DNA of 35,496 nucleotides, taken from Octopus bimaculoides. Taxonomy: Eukaryota. Below, one piece after another: positions 22,961-35,224 of this stretch. Where the stretch lies: contig NC_068993.1 in assembly GCF_001194135.2 (NCBI RefSeq), positions 15,494,509 through 15,530,004 of the forward strand, written 5' to 3'. How positions within the stretch are numbered: position 1 is the first letter of the stretch; each line of letters opens with the position of its first letter. The translations under genes were made by a program, and so were the position numbers. The notes beneath the pieces are model-generated. The model worked only from the letters and a program-made list of their open reading frames with translations. It was not told the origin of the DNA and ran no database searches.

Positions 22961-23338
22961 TTTACACGTTTCGGTCATTTGACTGGGGCCATGATGGAGC
23001 CCCGCCTTTAGCCGAAGAAATCAACCTTAAGATTTATTGTCTGTAAGCCTAGTACTTTTTCTATCCGTGTCTTTTGCCGAACTGCTAGGTTACGGGGTCG
23101 TATGCAAACCAACATCGGTTGTCAAGAGAGGCGGGTACAAACAGAGACATAAACACACACACACTCACACACATATATCCGACAGGGTTCTTTCAATATC
23201 TGTCAACCAAATCCACTTACAAGGCTTTGGACGGCCCAAGGCTATAGCAGACATACTATTGTTGCCGCACAGTGGGACTGAACCCGCAACATTGCGATTG
23301 GTGAACAAGCTACTTACCACAATGCCACCTCTGCACCT
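22961..23338 (-). mobile_element. SINE family B
   Basis: Collinear with 3776-4215 (GACTG(C/G)GGCCATG...CAGTGGGACT(A/G)AACCCG...CAAGCT). Confidence 0.85.
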
Positions 23339-23384
23339 AAGAAGTTAAAAGTGCACTACGACTATTTTAGCGGCAAGAGAGAGA

Positions 23385-23582
23385 CTTTACCTCTCATTCT
23401 TTCGGGGTCGATTAAATAAGTACCAGTTACACACAAGGGTCTATGTTATCCACTTAATCCCTTCCCCAAAATTTCAGGCCTTCTGCTTCCACTAGAAAGA
23501 ATTATTATTATGATTATTACTAATTATTATTACTATTATTATTATTATTATTATTATTATTGTTATTATTATTATTATTATT
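23385..23582 (+). mobile_element. SINE family A 3' half ending in an (ATT)n tail
   Basis: CTTTCGGGGTCGATTAAATAAGTACCAGTTAC...AGAAAGAATTATTATT, then (ATT)n to 23582. Confidence 0.75.
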
Positions 23583-23838
23583 GTTCAGTAGTTTTATTTT
23601 TATAACGTGCTTTCACTTCACTACCGAGCGCTGCTTTGTGCGCCTTGGGTATGTGCTGTGGTTTGCTGTGGTGCTCTTATGTTTACTGTATTGAACGTGT
23701 TTTGCGTAGAATGTGTGCAGTACCCAGTAGTGCAATTTTCTGTATGTTATATATATTTGTAAGTCCTGGTGTTTTTGTTATGTATTTGTCTGAATATGTT
23801 TTTATTATACCTAAGGCACCTACTATGATAGGAATCGT
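23583..23838 (-). mobile_element. R4/Dong-like RLE retrotransposon extreme 3' end (5'-truncated)
   Basis: TIPIIVGALGIIKTYSDKYITKTPGLTNIYNIQKIALLGTAHILRKTRSIQ*, a short 3' UTR, then (AAT)n on the element strand. Confidence 0.85.
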
Positions 23839-23866
23839 CATCATCATCATCATTATCATCATCATC

Positions 23867-23900
<34 letters not shown>

Positions 23901-24459
23901 TGGCAGTAGCTATTGTTGTTCTTGCTGTTGTGGTCGTTGACCTCCATGTCACATTTGATGAAGTAATATTCATTCCGTTCCATTTTTAAAGTTCATTTAC
24001 CTTCGTCAGTTTTTGAAACAGCAACTACATGATTGGACGGATGTTTACCTACTATTTTTGAACAATTCCAATTGACTACCAAGTGACTACCAACCTCGTC
24101 CATTTCTCTTGTTACTTCGATCCGGTCATAGTTTAAAAAATAAGGTGGGAAAACAAATGACTAAACATAGAGCGCTCTAGTTGAGTCCATATATAATATT
24201 AGTATTGTCTAGTTACTATACAGACTGAGCCACTGAGCTGGAATCATTAAGCCTGCAGCTTCTGATTTCAGTAGAATGTCTTGGAGCCAGATGTAGCGCT
24301 ATTATTTGCCGTAATCCGATTTATTCAGTCATTTTGGCAATTTTCCCTGGAGGCTGTTTCATTCTCAAATTGTATTCATTTTATTGAATGGTCGTATCTT
24401 ATATCTGTCTTTAATTCAGTTACTTTTACTGCTGTTATGGCTGTACTTTAGCAAATCTG

Positions 24460-24541
<82 letters not shown>

Positions 24542-24680
24542 CATAAATATATACATGTATATATACATATGTGCATATATATATATGCGTATATATATAC
24601 ATATATATACATATATACTAAACATTTACATACTGATATATATATGCTTACATACATACACATACTCACACACACACACA
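24460..24680. repeat. (TA)n-(CA)n compound microsatellite
   Basis: Seen directly. Confidence 0.95.
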
Positions 24681-25219
24681 TATGCTAACGAACGTACTAT
24701 TCTGTCGAACACCAGAAAGAGATGTACTGATCAACATTATATCAATATGGGGTGCCCGTATTCATATACGTATGCATATGTGTGTGTGTCTGTGTGAGTG
24801 TGTGTGTGTGGGGGGGGTGTATGTGTATCTTAGTGCTGTTGAATATGTTTCTACTTTAAAATATTCCTCTACATTCTTTTTATGCTTGGCCTCTGGTTTT
24901 TAGCGCTTCATATTATCATGAGTTTCATAGATTCTTTGGTATCTGCATATAACTTTGAACCCTCAATCCCGAGTCTGTTACTATTTTTTGTTATATAAAC
25001 TTGATCTTTCTTAATCAATTTATTAATTAAAGGTGTTTTCAAGGAAACCGTAGTTTTCTGTATGGGCTTGCACGGTTTTTCCCTTGGAAGTCGCACCCAC
25101 CCTTCGAGGAATTAGAACTGTTTCATTTCATTGTACTTTTTATGTTCTTGTTTTCTATGTATACACGGTAAAGACCCCCCCCCCCTTTGCATCTCTGTAG
25201 GCCCATTCCTCCAATAAAG

Positions 25220-25232
25220 GAAACATTATTAC

Positions 25233-25267
<35 letters not shown>

Positions 25268-25375
25268 CCATCCTCATCATCATCATTATCATCATTATCA
25301 GCATCATTATCATCATCACCACCATCGTCATCATTTGTCTGTAACATTTCCATCAACATCATCAACAACAGCAGC
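25220..25375. repeat. (CAT)n/(CAA)n microsatellite
   Basis: Seen directly. Confidence 0.92.
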
Positions 25376-25734
25376 AAAATGAGGTTAATGGGAATGACAA
25401 ATGCCATCCCATAAGCAGTCGTCACCTGTCCTTTACAAGTCATCAGTCAACAACAGCTGAACTTCTATCTCCGTTCGAGAAACTAGCTGTAGGACATTAT
25501 AATCAACATGACAGAAACCAGCGTTGCTTTGAAGCCAAAAGATGATGCATAACTTTGTGATATATTTTAGAGAAATGAGTGGTGGAAGATGGCTGACATA
25601 TCAGCTGGACTTAATTGATGACGTTTTTCGCTGTGTCTCCTTCTCTCCCCGACTCCTCCCCATCGTTGTTCGTCTCTTCTATTTTAGAGAAGCAGTTATA
25701 CTAACTCATATATGAGAGTACAGATATCAATTTA

Positions 25735-25877
25735 GATTATATATATATATATATATATATATATGCATACATTCATACATCTATACACGCATATGCATCT
25801 ATCTGTCTGTTTATCACTATATGAGTGTACATATGTGTGTATGCATTTATGTGTGTATATGTATGTATGGGTGTGTG

Positions 25878-25931
<54 letters not shown>

Positions 25932-26301
25932 NNNNNNNNNNNNNNNNNNNNNNNNNNNNNNNNNNNNNNNNNNNNNNNNNNNNNNNNNNNNNNNNNNNNN
26001 NNNNNNNNNNNNNNNNNNNNNNNNNNNNNNNNNNNNNNNNNNNNNNNNNNNNNNNNNNNNNNNNNNNNNNNNNNNNNNNNNNNNNNNNNNNNNNNNNNNN
26101 NNNNNNNNNNNNNNNNNNNNNNNNNNNNNNNNNNNNNNNNNNNNNNNNNNNNNNNNNNNNNNNNNNNNNNNNNNNNNNNNNNNNNNNNNNNNNNNNNNNN
26201 NNNNNNNNNNNNNNNNNNNNNNNNNNNNNNNNNNNNNNNNNNNNNNNNNNNNNNNNNNNNNNNNNNNNNNNNNNNNNNNNNNNNNNNNNNNNNNNNNNNN
26301 N

Positions 26302-26368
<67 letters not shown>

Positions 26369-26384
26369 CACGCACACACAAACA

Positions 26385-26421
<37 letters not shown>

Positions 26422-27142
26422 CGCATACGCCAGTATATGAGGAAAAGCGAGCGAACATTCATGAACACACACATAGGCACGCTCACTCTCACATGCTCGA
26501 ATATGCAGCCGAATAAACATACATACATACATATATATACATATGTATATATATATATCTATATATATTGAGAGAGGGGGGGCAATACAAGAGAGATAAA
26601 TATGGATATATGTATGTATGTGCGTACAAGGTTGTGTGTGTATATGTGTTTGTGTATGAATGACATTTTTGTATGTGTGTGTATATTTTCTTAAATATAG
26701 ATATTATTAACACGTATGTATTTCTACACTTTTCTGTTGCGTACAAAAGGTCATATTGGTTATCACAATAATAAATATATTTACATTCATTCACACTAAA
26801 TGCCTTCTTAGTGTTCAGTTCCCATATCCTTCTCTCTCTCACTCATTCATTTCTTTCATCTTTTCTATATTTTCTTAAGTCCGTTTCTTTCTTCCATTCT
26901 CTTTCACAAGTTTTTCTTTCTTTCTTTCTTTCTTTCTTTCGTTCTTTTCTTTCTTCCTGAATGCATAAATCCCTTAGGGTTCAAATACTACAAAGGTCGA
27001 AGATATATCTTTCATCAGTCTGGCATCGATAAAATATTTACCAATAACATACAAGAATATATTCAATCGTCTGTAACCTTACCAGACTTGAAGTGGCTGC
27101 CTGCTTCTTCAAGAAATCAATTTTGCTCTCTCCCTCTCTCGC

Positions 27143-27213
<71 letters not shown>

Positions 27214-27813
27214 GTTTATACATATATACATACATACATGCATTGCATATCATCACTATTGCAATATGTAATATCGTATCCACATATCCACATGTTCACA
27301 CGAGCAGGCTTCGAGAAAAGCGGTGTGTCTATTGTTTTCTGTCTGACCAGACGCAGATGAGAAGAGTCTGAAAGAAAGGGCGGCACATGTGAATTGTGAC
27401 GTTCATTACTTCCGCAAGGGGCATAAGTAGCATCTGTGAAATGGAAGGCTTTCAATCAAAAATTAAAATTATGTCGTGGTCTCAGCTTGCGGGAGTTTAA
27501 GTCTTGCATTTAAGTCTTCGGAACACAATTGCCGCATGCACTTGTTCGAGTAAACACACAAACACTCGCACACATACACGCACGCACACATACACGCACG
27601 CATACCACACCTACGCACGAATGCATGCGCACTTACACAAACACATGGACATGCAAATACACATACGCATATACACATCAACACGCACACGCACTCTAAA
27701 AGACAACCTCATGCATCATATGTATGCATGTGGCTGTAAGTTTATGCATTTATGTATGTATATATAAACATACATATATATGTGAATGTTTATACATACA
27801 TACATGCAAGTAT

Positions 27814-27850
<37 letters not shown>

Positions 27851-28343
27851 NNNNNNNNNNNNNNNNNNNNNNNNNNNNNNNNNNNNNNNNNNNNNNNNNN
27901 NNNNNNNNNNNNNNNNNNNNNNNNNNNNNNNNNNNNNNNNNNNNNNNNNNNNNNNNNNNNNNNNNNNNNNNNNNNNNNNNNNNNNNNNNNNNNNNNNNNN
28001 NNNNNNNNNNNNNNNNNNNNNNNNNNNNNNNNNNNNNNNNNNNNNNNNNNNNNNNNNNNNNNNNNNNNNNNNNNNNNNNNNNNNNNNNNNNNNNNNNNNN
28101 NNNNNNNNNNNNNNNNNNNNNNNNNNNNNNNNNNNNNNNNNNNNNNNNNNNNNNNNNNNNNNNNNNNNNNNNNNNNNNNNNNNNNNNNNNNNNNNNNNNN
28201 NNNNNNNNNNNNNNNNNNNNNNNNNNNNNNNNNNNNNNNNNNNNNNNNNNNNNNNNNNNNNNNNNNNNNNNNNNNNNNNNNNNNNNNNNNNNNNNNNNNN
28301 NNNNNNNNNNNNNNNNNNNNNNNNNNNNNNNNNNNNNNNNNNN

Positions 28344-28441
<98 letters not shown>

Positions 28442-28580
28442 TGTATGTATTGTAGTGTATGGTATTGTGATGTAAATTCCTTTTCTTTGTGGATATTTTC
28501 TTCTATGATTTGTTGTTTTAAAATTTAACCTTTTACTTACATACATACACACGGGGACACAAACAAGTACACGCACACAC

Positions 28581-28629
<49 letters not shown>

Positions 28630-28677
28630 AATATATATGTATGCATGTATGCGTGAGTGCCTGTTCTTCAAATGAAT

Positions 28678-28760
<83 letters not shown>
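25735..28760. repeat. Microsatellite-dominated block ((TA)n, (GATA)n, (CA)n, (CT)n, (TTTC)n) with two gaps and short unique islands
   Basis: Seen directly. Confidence 0.9.
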
Positions 28761-28763
<3 letters not shown>

Positions 28764-29234
28764 CGTACATGTTTAAATAATGGCAAGTATATAAACAACG
28801 TTCCCATTTCCGAAAGTACGCTACAACGCGATTTCTATTTATTTATTTTCCATCTATTATTTACATACATATTTTGTTTATTTATTTATATACTTATTTG
28901 TGGCCCATATTAATAACTTTCAAATAGCGACTTAGTTCTTTTCATGACCGCAGTTCTTGTTCTGATGCGGTCGTCACGTAGACTGTTACAGCTTTATGTT
29001 TATTATATGTTCATATGTACACTTGTACTTATCTATGTACATACGTATGTACAAATGCAAGAATGTACGTATTTATGAATGTATGCATAGGTTTGCGTGC
29101 GTCTGTGTTAATGTTCTTATTTACCCTCAGACGCACACACATATCATATGATTACACACATTCACACACACACACACATTCATACTTATTACATTCATAC
29201 AGACATACACATATATACATACATNNNNNNNNNN

Positions 29235-29271
<37 letters not shown>

Positions 29272-29805
29272 TACTCACATGGTTATATGCAATTATTACA
29301 TAGTTTTGTTTCTATTCTTATCAACATTCTCTACGATGATATACAACGATGCAACACAACATTCCTTTCTTTTTTCTTGAAATTCAAACAAACAAACAAA
29401 CAACCAAACAATAATTTAAAAAGATACCGCAAATAAATAAAGCATGACAACAGCTGAAGGACCAACATCAAAAATAGATTTACTTGCGCTGACACAAAAT
29501 ATAATGCAGTAAAAATATAAAACAAATCCACAATAATAAATACAAGTTCAATAGCATTTATCTCAAAGGAAAGATTTATTTTTAGGAGTTTACAACGTAA
29601 AAGTATACCAGTGTATTAGTAAGTTATTGTATTAGCGATGATATCTAGCAAAATGTAGAAATTTTACATGCAACTGTAAACAAGCGATTGTATACAACTT
29701 CACTCTTCGAGACAAAATGATAGAAATTCTTGCATATATAATGAGATACGAAATATTATGACGTAGTTTCGAATACATACAGTTGTGCTAATATATTAGC
29801 ACAGA

Positions 29806-29880
29806 AAGGCAGTGAGCTGACACAATCGCTTGCACATGGGGCAAAATTCTTAGCGGTATTTTGAGTCCGTCATAAACGTG
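29806..29880 (+). mobile_element. SINE family A head fragment
   Basis: AAGGCAGTGAGCTGACACAATCG...GGGCAAAATTCTTAGCGGTATTT. Confidence 0.65.
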
Positions 29881-29925
29881 AAAGCTTTCTATACTTGATA
29901 TGAATATTTAGGTATATCCTGTTTC

Positions 29926-30149
29926 TTATTGCCCTCAAGGGGCTAAACATAGAGGGGACAAACAAAGACAGACAAATGGACTAAGTCGATTATATCGACC
30001 CCAGTGCGTAACTGGTACTTAATTTATCGACCCCGAAAGGATGAAAGGCAAAGTCGACCTCGGCGTAATTTGAACTCAGAACGTAACGGCAGACGAAATA
30101 CTGCTAAGCATTTCGCCCGGCGGGTTAACGTTTCTGCCAGCTCGCCGCC
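29926..30149 (-). mobile_element. Full-length young SINE family A with a 19-bp target-site duplication
   Basis: Head AGGCGGCGAGCTGGCAGAAACGTT, B-box-like GAGTTCAAATT; flanked by perfect TTTAGGTATATCCTGTTTC at 29907-29925 and 30150-30168. Confidence 0.92.
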
Positions 30150-30318
30150 TTTAGGTATATCCTGTTTCATCAAATAATTTACTTTATTGGTACTTAAATT
30201 ATTAACAAATGATGCATGAAATGCAAAACATATATCAAGATATAAAGTAAATTTTACAATATCCCAACAAAATACTGGACTTTCTTGTGCTTTTTTTTTA
30301 TTGTGCTGTATTGTTTCA

Positions 30319-30733
30319 AACACTGATTAGATCTAAAAAAAAATTTTTTAATTACCCACAGTTTCGGTCTGCCTTTCGTTTGCAGACGCACTCACTAGTC
30401 TCTCGGATCATTTTCTCGTACGTTAAGGGCATCAGTACCTCGGAGGTAGCTGTAAACTTACTAACACTGATTAGATCTTAAAAAAAAGATATTAAGCCTT
30501 TTTACCGTAAGTTCACCAGCGTAGGCAAAATTTGAACTATATTATTCTTCTTGTTCTGCAACAGTGCTGTTGTGATGTTGCTGCTGCTGTCCCAGACATC
30601 CAAAACCACATACAAGAATCACCCATAGCTACGCTCTACCTTTTTTCTGCAGACGCACTCTCTGGTTCTGTCGGATCCTTTTCTCGTACCATAAGGACTT
30701 CAGTACCTCGGAGGTAGCTGTAAATTTACCAGC
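30319..30733 (+). repeat. Local diverged duplication (about 30354-30462 vs 30620-30730); first copy flanked by a 16-bp direct repeat
   Basis: Shared TGCAGACGCACTC...TCGGATC.TTTTCTCGTAC...CAGTACCTCGGAGGTAGCTGTAAA; AACACTGATTAGATCT at 30319-30334 and 30463-30478. Confidence 0.85.
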
Positions 30734-30945
30734 TCCACTCAAGAGTTCCCGTCCCACTTGTCACTGCCCCTCTGAAAACCTTTGTTGTTCCAGCAACCCA
30801 GATCTCACAGTATTCGCACTGCGACCTATTTCTTCCTGGAACGTCAATTTTCTAGAATTTCTTTCCTAGACATTTTAGTTTTGCAGATGTTGATTTAAAA
30901 TAAATAAATAAATGAATGACAGACAGACAGACAGGCAGGTACATT

Positions 30946-31007
<62 letters not shown>

Positions 31008-31132
31008 NNNNNNNNNNNNNNNNNNNNNNNNNNNNNNNNNNNNNNNNNNNNNNNNNNNNNNNNNNNNNNNNNNNNNNNNNNNNNNNNNNNNNNNNNNNNN
31101 NAGACATATATATATATATATATATATATATG

Positions 31133-31156
31133 TACGAAGTCTGATCAAAAGGTATC
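31133..31156 (+). mobile_element. Possible isolated mariner-type TIR fragment
   Basis: TACGAAGTCTGATCAAAAGGTATC resembles TA-CGAGG...CAAAAAGT mariner termini; no partner TIR seen. Confidence 0.3.
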
Positions 31157-31163
31157 GATCTAC

Positions 31164-31202
<39 letters not shown>

Positions 31203-31367
31203 GCAGTCTACTATCTGTCTATCTATCCATCTCTAGAGATGCTTCTGCATACACATAAATACATATTCATACAAATACACATATGCATGCACTAATATGT
31301 GCATGTGAGTATGTACACCTCTACGTACGTAAACTATTGTGTCTGCGTGTGTATACACACACACACA

Positions 31368-31412
<45 letters not shown>

Positions 31413-31414
<2 letters not shown>

Positions 31415-31778
31415 CGGTATGCCAACGCCTGAGTTTGCTAACATAAATAGCTCGTTTTGGAAATTTAGAAATTTTGACGAAACACCGTTGGACTGGTTCA
31501 ATGTAGTGGAAATTAATAACTCACTAGATCAGAAATATTACACTGCGAAGATTTTCTCTGAAAATAACTTCTCCATTAAACATGTTTCTACTAGTAGAGA
31601 AATTGATGGAGTCTTCAGTATTTGGAATCACTTTCCATCAAGTAAAATTTTACTCATGCCACAAGGTCAATTGAACATTTCAATAGCATCACGAAGAATT
31701 TGCAAAAGAAATAAAAATTCTTCAAATATATACGGTATTGTTATTTTAAAGAATTATACAAATATATTCCAATTTGCT
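31413..31778 (+). CDS. Non-repetitive open frame of about 120 codons; unidentified, possibly an extracellular domain fragment
   Basis: IGMPTPEFANINSSFWKF...NIYGIVILKNYTNIFQFA is stop-free in AT-rich DNA, has six NxS/T sequons and ends at GCT|GTATGT. No convincing acceptor. Confidence 0.25.
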
Positions 31779-31869
31779 GTATGTATGTCTCAGTCGGCTT
31801 GTCTATCATCATCTCTTTATTATAGCGTACATATCCATACAGATTCTCATATAAACACATGCATATCTG

Positions 31870-31949
31870 ATATATATACACACACATACATATAATACAT
31901 ATATACGTATATATTCATATAAACATATAAATATACATATATGAATATG

Positions 31950-31996
<47 letters not shown>

Positions 31997-32455
31997 GTAT
32001 ATATATATGTATATTTGTGTGTGTGTGTGTGTGTGTGTGTGTAGGTCTAGTGGGAGGAGTGTACTGACATCTGTAGTGTAATATATACACACCGGTCGAT
32101 TCACTTGTACATCTACATCTAATTTCTCAGCATACTGAGTATTTTTTTATCATACACACACTCACAACCATATACATACATTTATGAACACACGCACGCT
32201 ACACATTTGTGTGTATGGGTGTGTAAGTGCGCATGCGTGTATGTTATGTGTGTGCTAACGCATGCGTACATATTGTGTTTGATTACGTAGTTGTCTTCAC
32301 ATTTCTAACATATGTGTTTTCACTCACATATAGGTACACAGCTGAAATCGTTATACACACTTACACACAAAGAGCTCCGGTCGATTCCACACGCGTATAC
32401 CTGAGTGTGAGTCTGTGTATGCATACGCATATACATAGATATACATATGTGTGTG

Positions 32456-32495
<40 letters not shown>

Positions 32496-32708
32496 TGGCA
32501 CGCATGAATATAGAAGCATATAAATTTTTATGTCCAAATATACACATATGCGTTCGTATATTTGTATATATACACAGGTGCGTGTGTTTGTGTGCATGAG
32601 TGTGAGAGTGACTGTGTATGTATATATGTATGGAGGGATAATTGTACACTGTGCATAATATACATATATATATATATATATGTGTGCGTATGTATATATA
32701 TATATATA

Positions 32709-32755
<47 letters not shown>

Positions 32756-33113
32756 NNNNNNNNNNAGAGTGACTGTGTATGTATATATGTATGGAGGGAT
32801 AATTGTACACTGTGCATAATATACATATATATAAGCATGTTTCTATAATGTGTGTGTCTATGTATATATATATATATTTATATATATATATGTATGGTTC
32901 TATAATGTATGCCTATATGTGTGCGTCGAACTGTGTTTCTGTGAGTGTATGTGTGTGTATCTATGTATTTATGTATACATCTCCATATATGCGTCTGTGA
33001 TTATGTTTATGAATTCATGTCATAATGCCTGTATGCAAAAATGTCTGTATGAATATAGGCACACGCACACACACACACACACACACATACACACACTCCC
33101 ATACGCATACGCA

Positions 33114-33202
<89 letters not shown>

Positions 33203-33230
33203 GTCCGTATTTACACAGACCCAGACACAC
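31870..33230. repeat. Mixed (TA)n/(TG)n/(CA)n low-complexity block
   Basis: Seen directly. Confidence 0.92.
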
Positions 33231-33499
33231 GCGCACAAATATATAATGATTCTCCGTTAGTTTTGAATCGTTAACGCGTCAAACAGTCGGATTCGATAAA
33301 TTGTGCAAGTTAGTTTTTATTTTTTACATTCGGATATTGCTACTCTTATACTATTCATTCGAAAAGTGTTTGAGTGTATTTATTACAATTCTGGTCAATA
33401 AAAATATATATTTATTCCAAACTTACGCGTAATAAAACTCTCTCTATTCTAAAGAGCGCTTGTTTCGCAAGTGATTTCAATTTGAAGTCTGCATCAATC

Positions 33500-33543
33500 T
33501 GCATTGTTGTTATTGTTGTTATTGATATTATTATTATTATTAC

Positions 33544-33588
<45 letters not shown>

Positions 33589-33830
33589 CGTTATTGTTAG
33601 TTTCAGGTGATTTTGGCATAATATATCAATCTTTGAAAAATAGCCTTTCATAGGTGCTTAAATGATGGTGTCCACTGGAGTGGTTTTCAAGATGTAAGTG
33701 GAAAGTGTGAGGCAAAGAAGAAGAAGAAGAAGAAGAAGAAGAAGAAGAAGAAGAAGAAGAGGCAGGGGAGAGAGAGAGAGAGAGCGAGAGTGAGAATGAA
33801 AACGAGAAAGAAGGAGAAAGAAAGAAAAAA
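33500..33830. repeat. (ATT)n, (GAA)n and (GA)n microsatellites
   Basis: Seen directly. Confidence 0.92.
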
Positions 33831-35189
33831 TATCGATAACGATATTCGATTTTTATTTTAGTCTGAGAATAAATAAGTTTTACTCTACACATTGTTTGCC
33901 ATTAGCTAGAAGTTCTTTGAATATTTCTACAATGGTATTGTTATTCTTTGTTATTATATTATTATTATTTATTTTTGGCATTGTTTATTTCTATCTTTAT
34001 TCTATATCAATCTCTTTAATTTTCTTGTTGCTGTTATTGGTGGTACTATAATAGTCCTTTTTGTTGTTGTTGTTGGTAACCGGATAAATTCATATGCTCT
34101 ATTACTCTGTTACATTGAGAACGAAGAAAACTAGTAAATCGTAAACGTTATAGTTTGTACATTCTACCTATGTGTGTTAACGTGTCTATTTATATATTTA
34201 GTCCGACAAACTCACGTATTACCGTAGTTTAGTAAATACATGTCGCAGCTATGAAAACAATTTTTATATATAAACTTTTTTTATAGTACATACGCGAATT
34301 TTTACTACATAGCGGAAGCCTGCTCGCTTATACACTCACACGTCTGTCTGCCTATATATATATATACATATATATATACATACATACACTTTTAAATATA
34401 CGTACATACATATATATGTATATCTATCTATATATATATGTATATATATATATATATATGTATATATGGTTTATAACTATGGAACTCGAACTAGAAAGAG
34501 CTATAAATGATAGCGTGTAAATATTAGGTTAAATAACGCTTTGGTTAGAAGTCGAAGGATTTATGTACTTCGAGTTCTATCGTTAAAAACGAATTATTTC
34601 ACGCCTCTCGAATTTTCTAAATTGATGAAAGAGAAAGAGTGAGTGAGAGAAGGAGAGAGGGAGAGAGGCAGTGGGGTGGAGCGAAAGAGGGTGAGGAGGA
34701 GAGAAAGAGAACGTAATTTATTCAGGTCACAATATTTTACAATTCTACGTTTGTTTCAAAATATTTGTAAGTATGTGTCCAAAAGTATTGCGGTATTGAT
34801 TGAAATATTTATTGTTGCTTTATTTTGCATTGGGTTTTCGTTTGGGACGGAAGCTTCTCAAGTTTAAACTCCGAAGCACAAACTCCACACACACACACAC
34901 ACATATATATATATGTGTACGCTTACATGCATATACATATATTTATGTATAACTTGCACACATGCTTGCATATATTATACATATATATATACACACAAAT
35001 ATACATACCTGTATTACAAAACCGAAGATTGAAAAAAGTTTTGCGCCTTATGTATTTACCGTTGCACATCTTTCATTTGCTAATAGGTGTTACAAAATAG
35101 TACATGTAGGAGAAATATGTAAGACATCTCCGATTAGAAACCCTGCTGACAGACAATCAAGAGGACACGGCTTAGATTCTATCCCTATC

Positions 35190-35220
<31 letters not shown>

Positions 35221-35224
35221 AAAG

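Noticed and set aside
27351-27430. Possible exon ADEKSLKERAAH... in a unique island
   Set aside because: Weak donors and no homology recognised.
25732-28807. Long ORFs spanning N-gaps (also 699-1338)
   Set aside because: Their length comes from X runs and dinucleotide repeats.
32605-32833. Identical 68-bp direct repeat (32605-32672 and 32766-32833)
   Set aside because: The second copy starts exactly at the edge of a 10-N gap, which points to unmerged contig ends or two alleles rather than biology.
35087-35118. 32-nt AG...GTAAGA micro-exon candidate
   Set aside because: Too short to distinguish from chance in AT-rich DNA.
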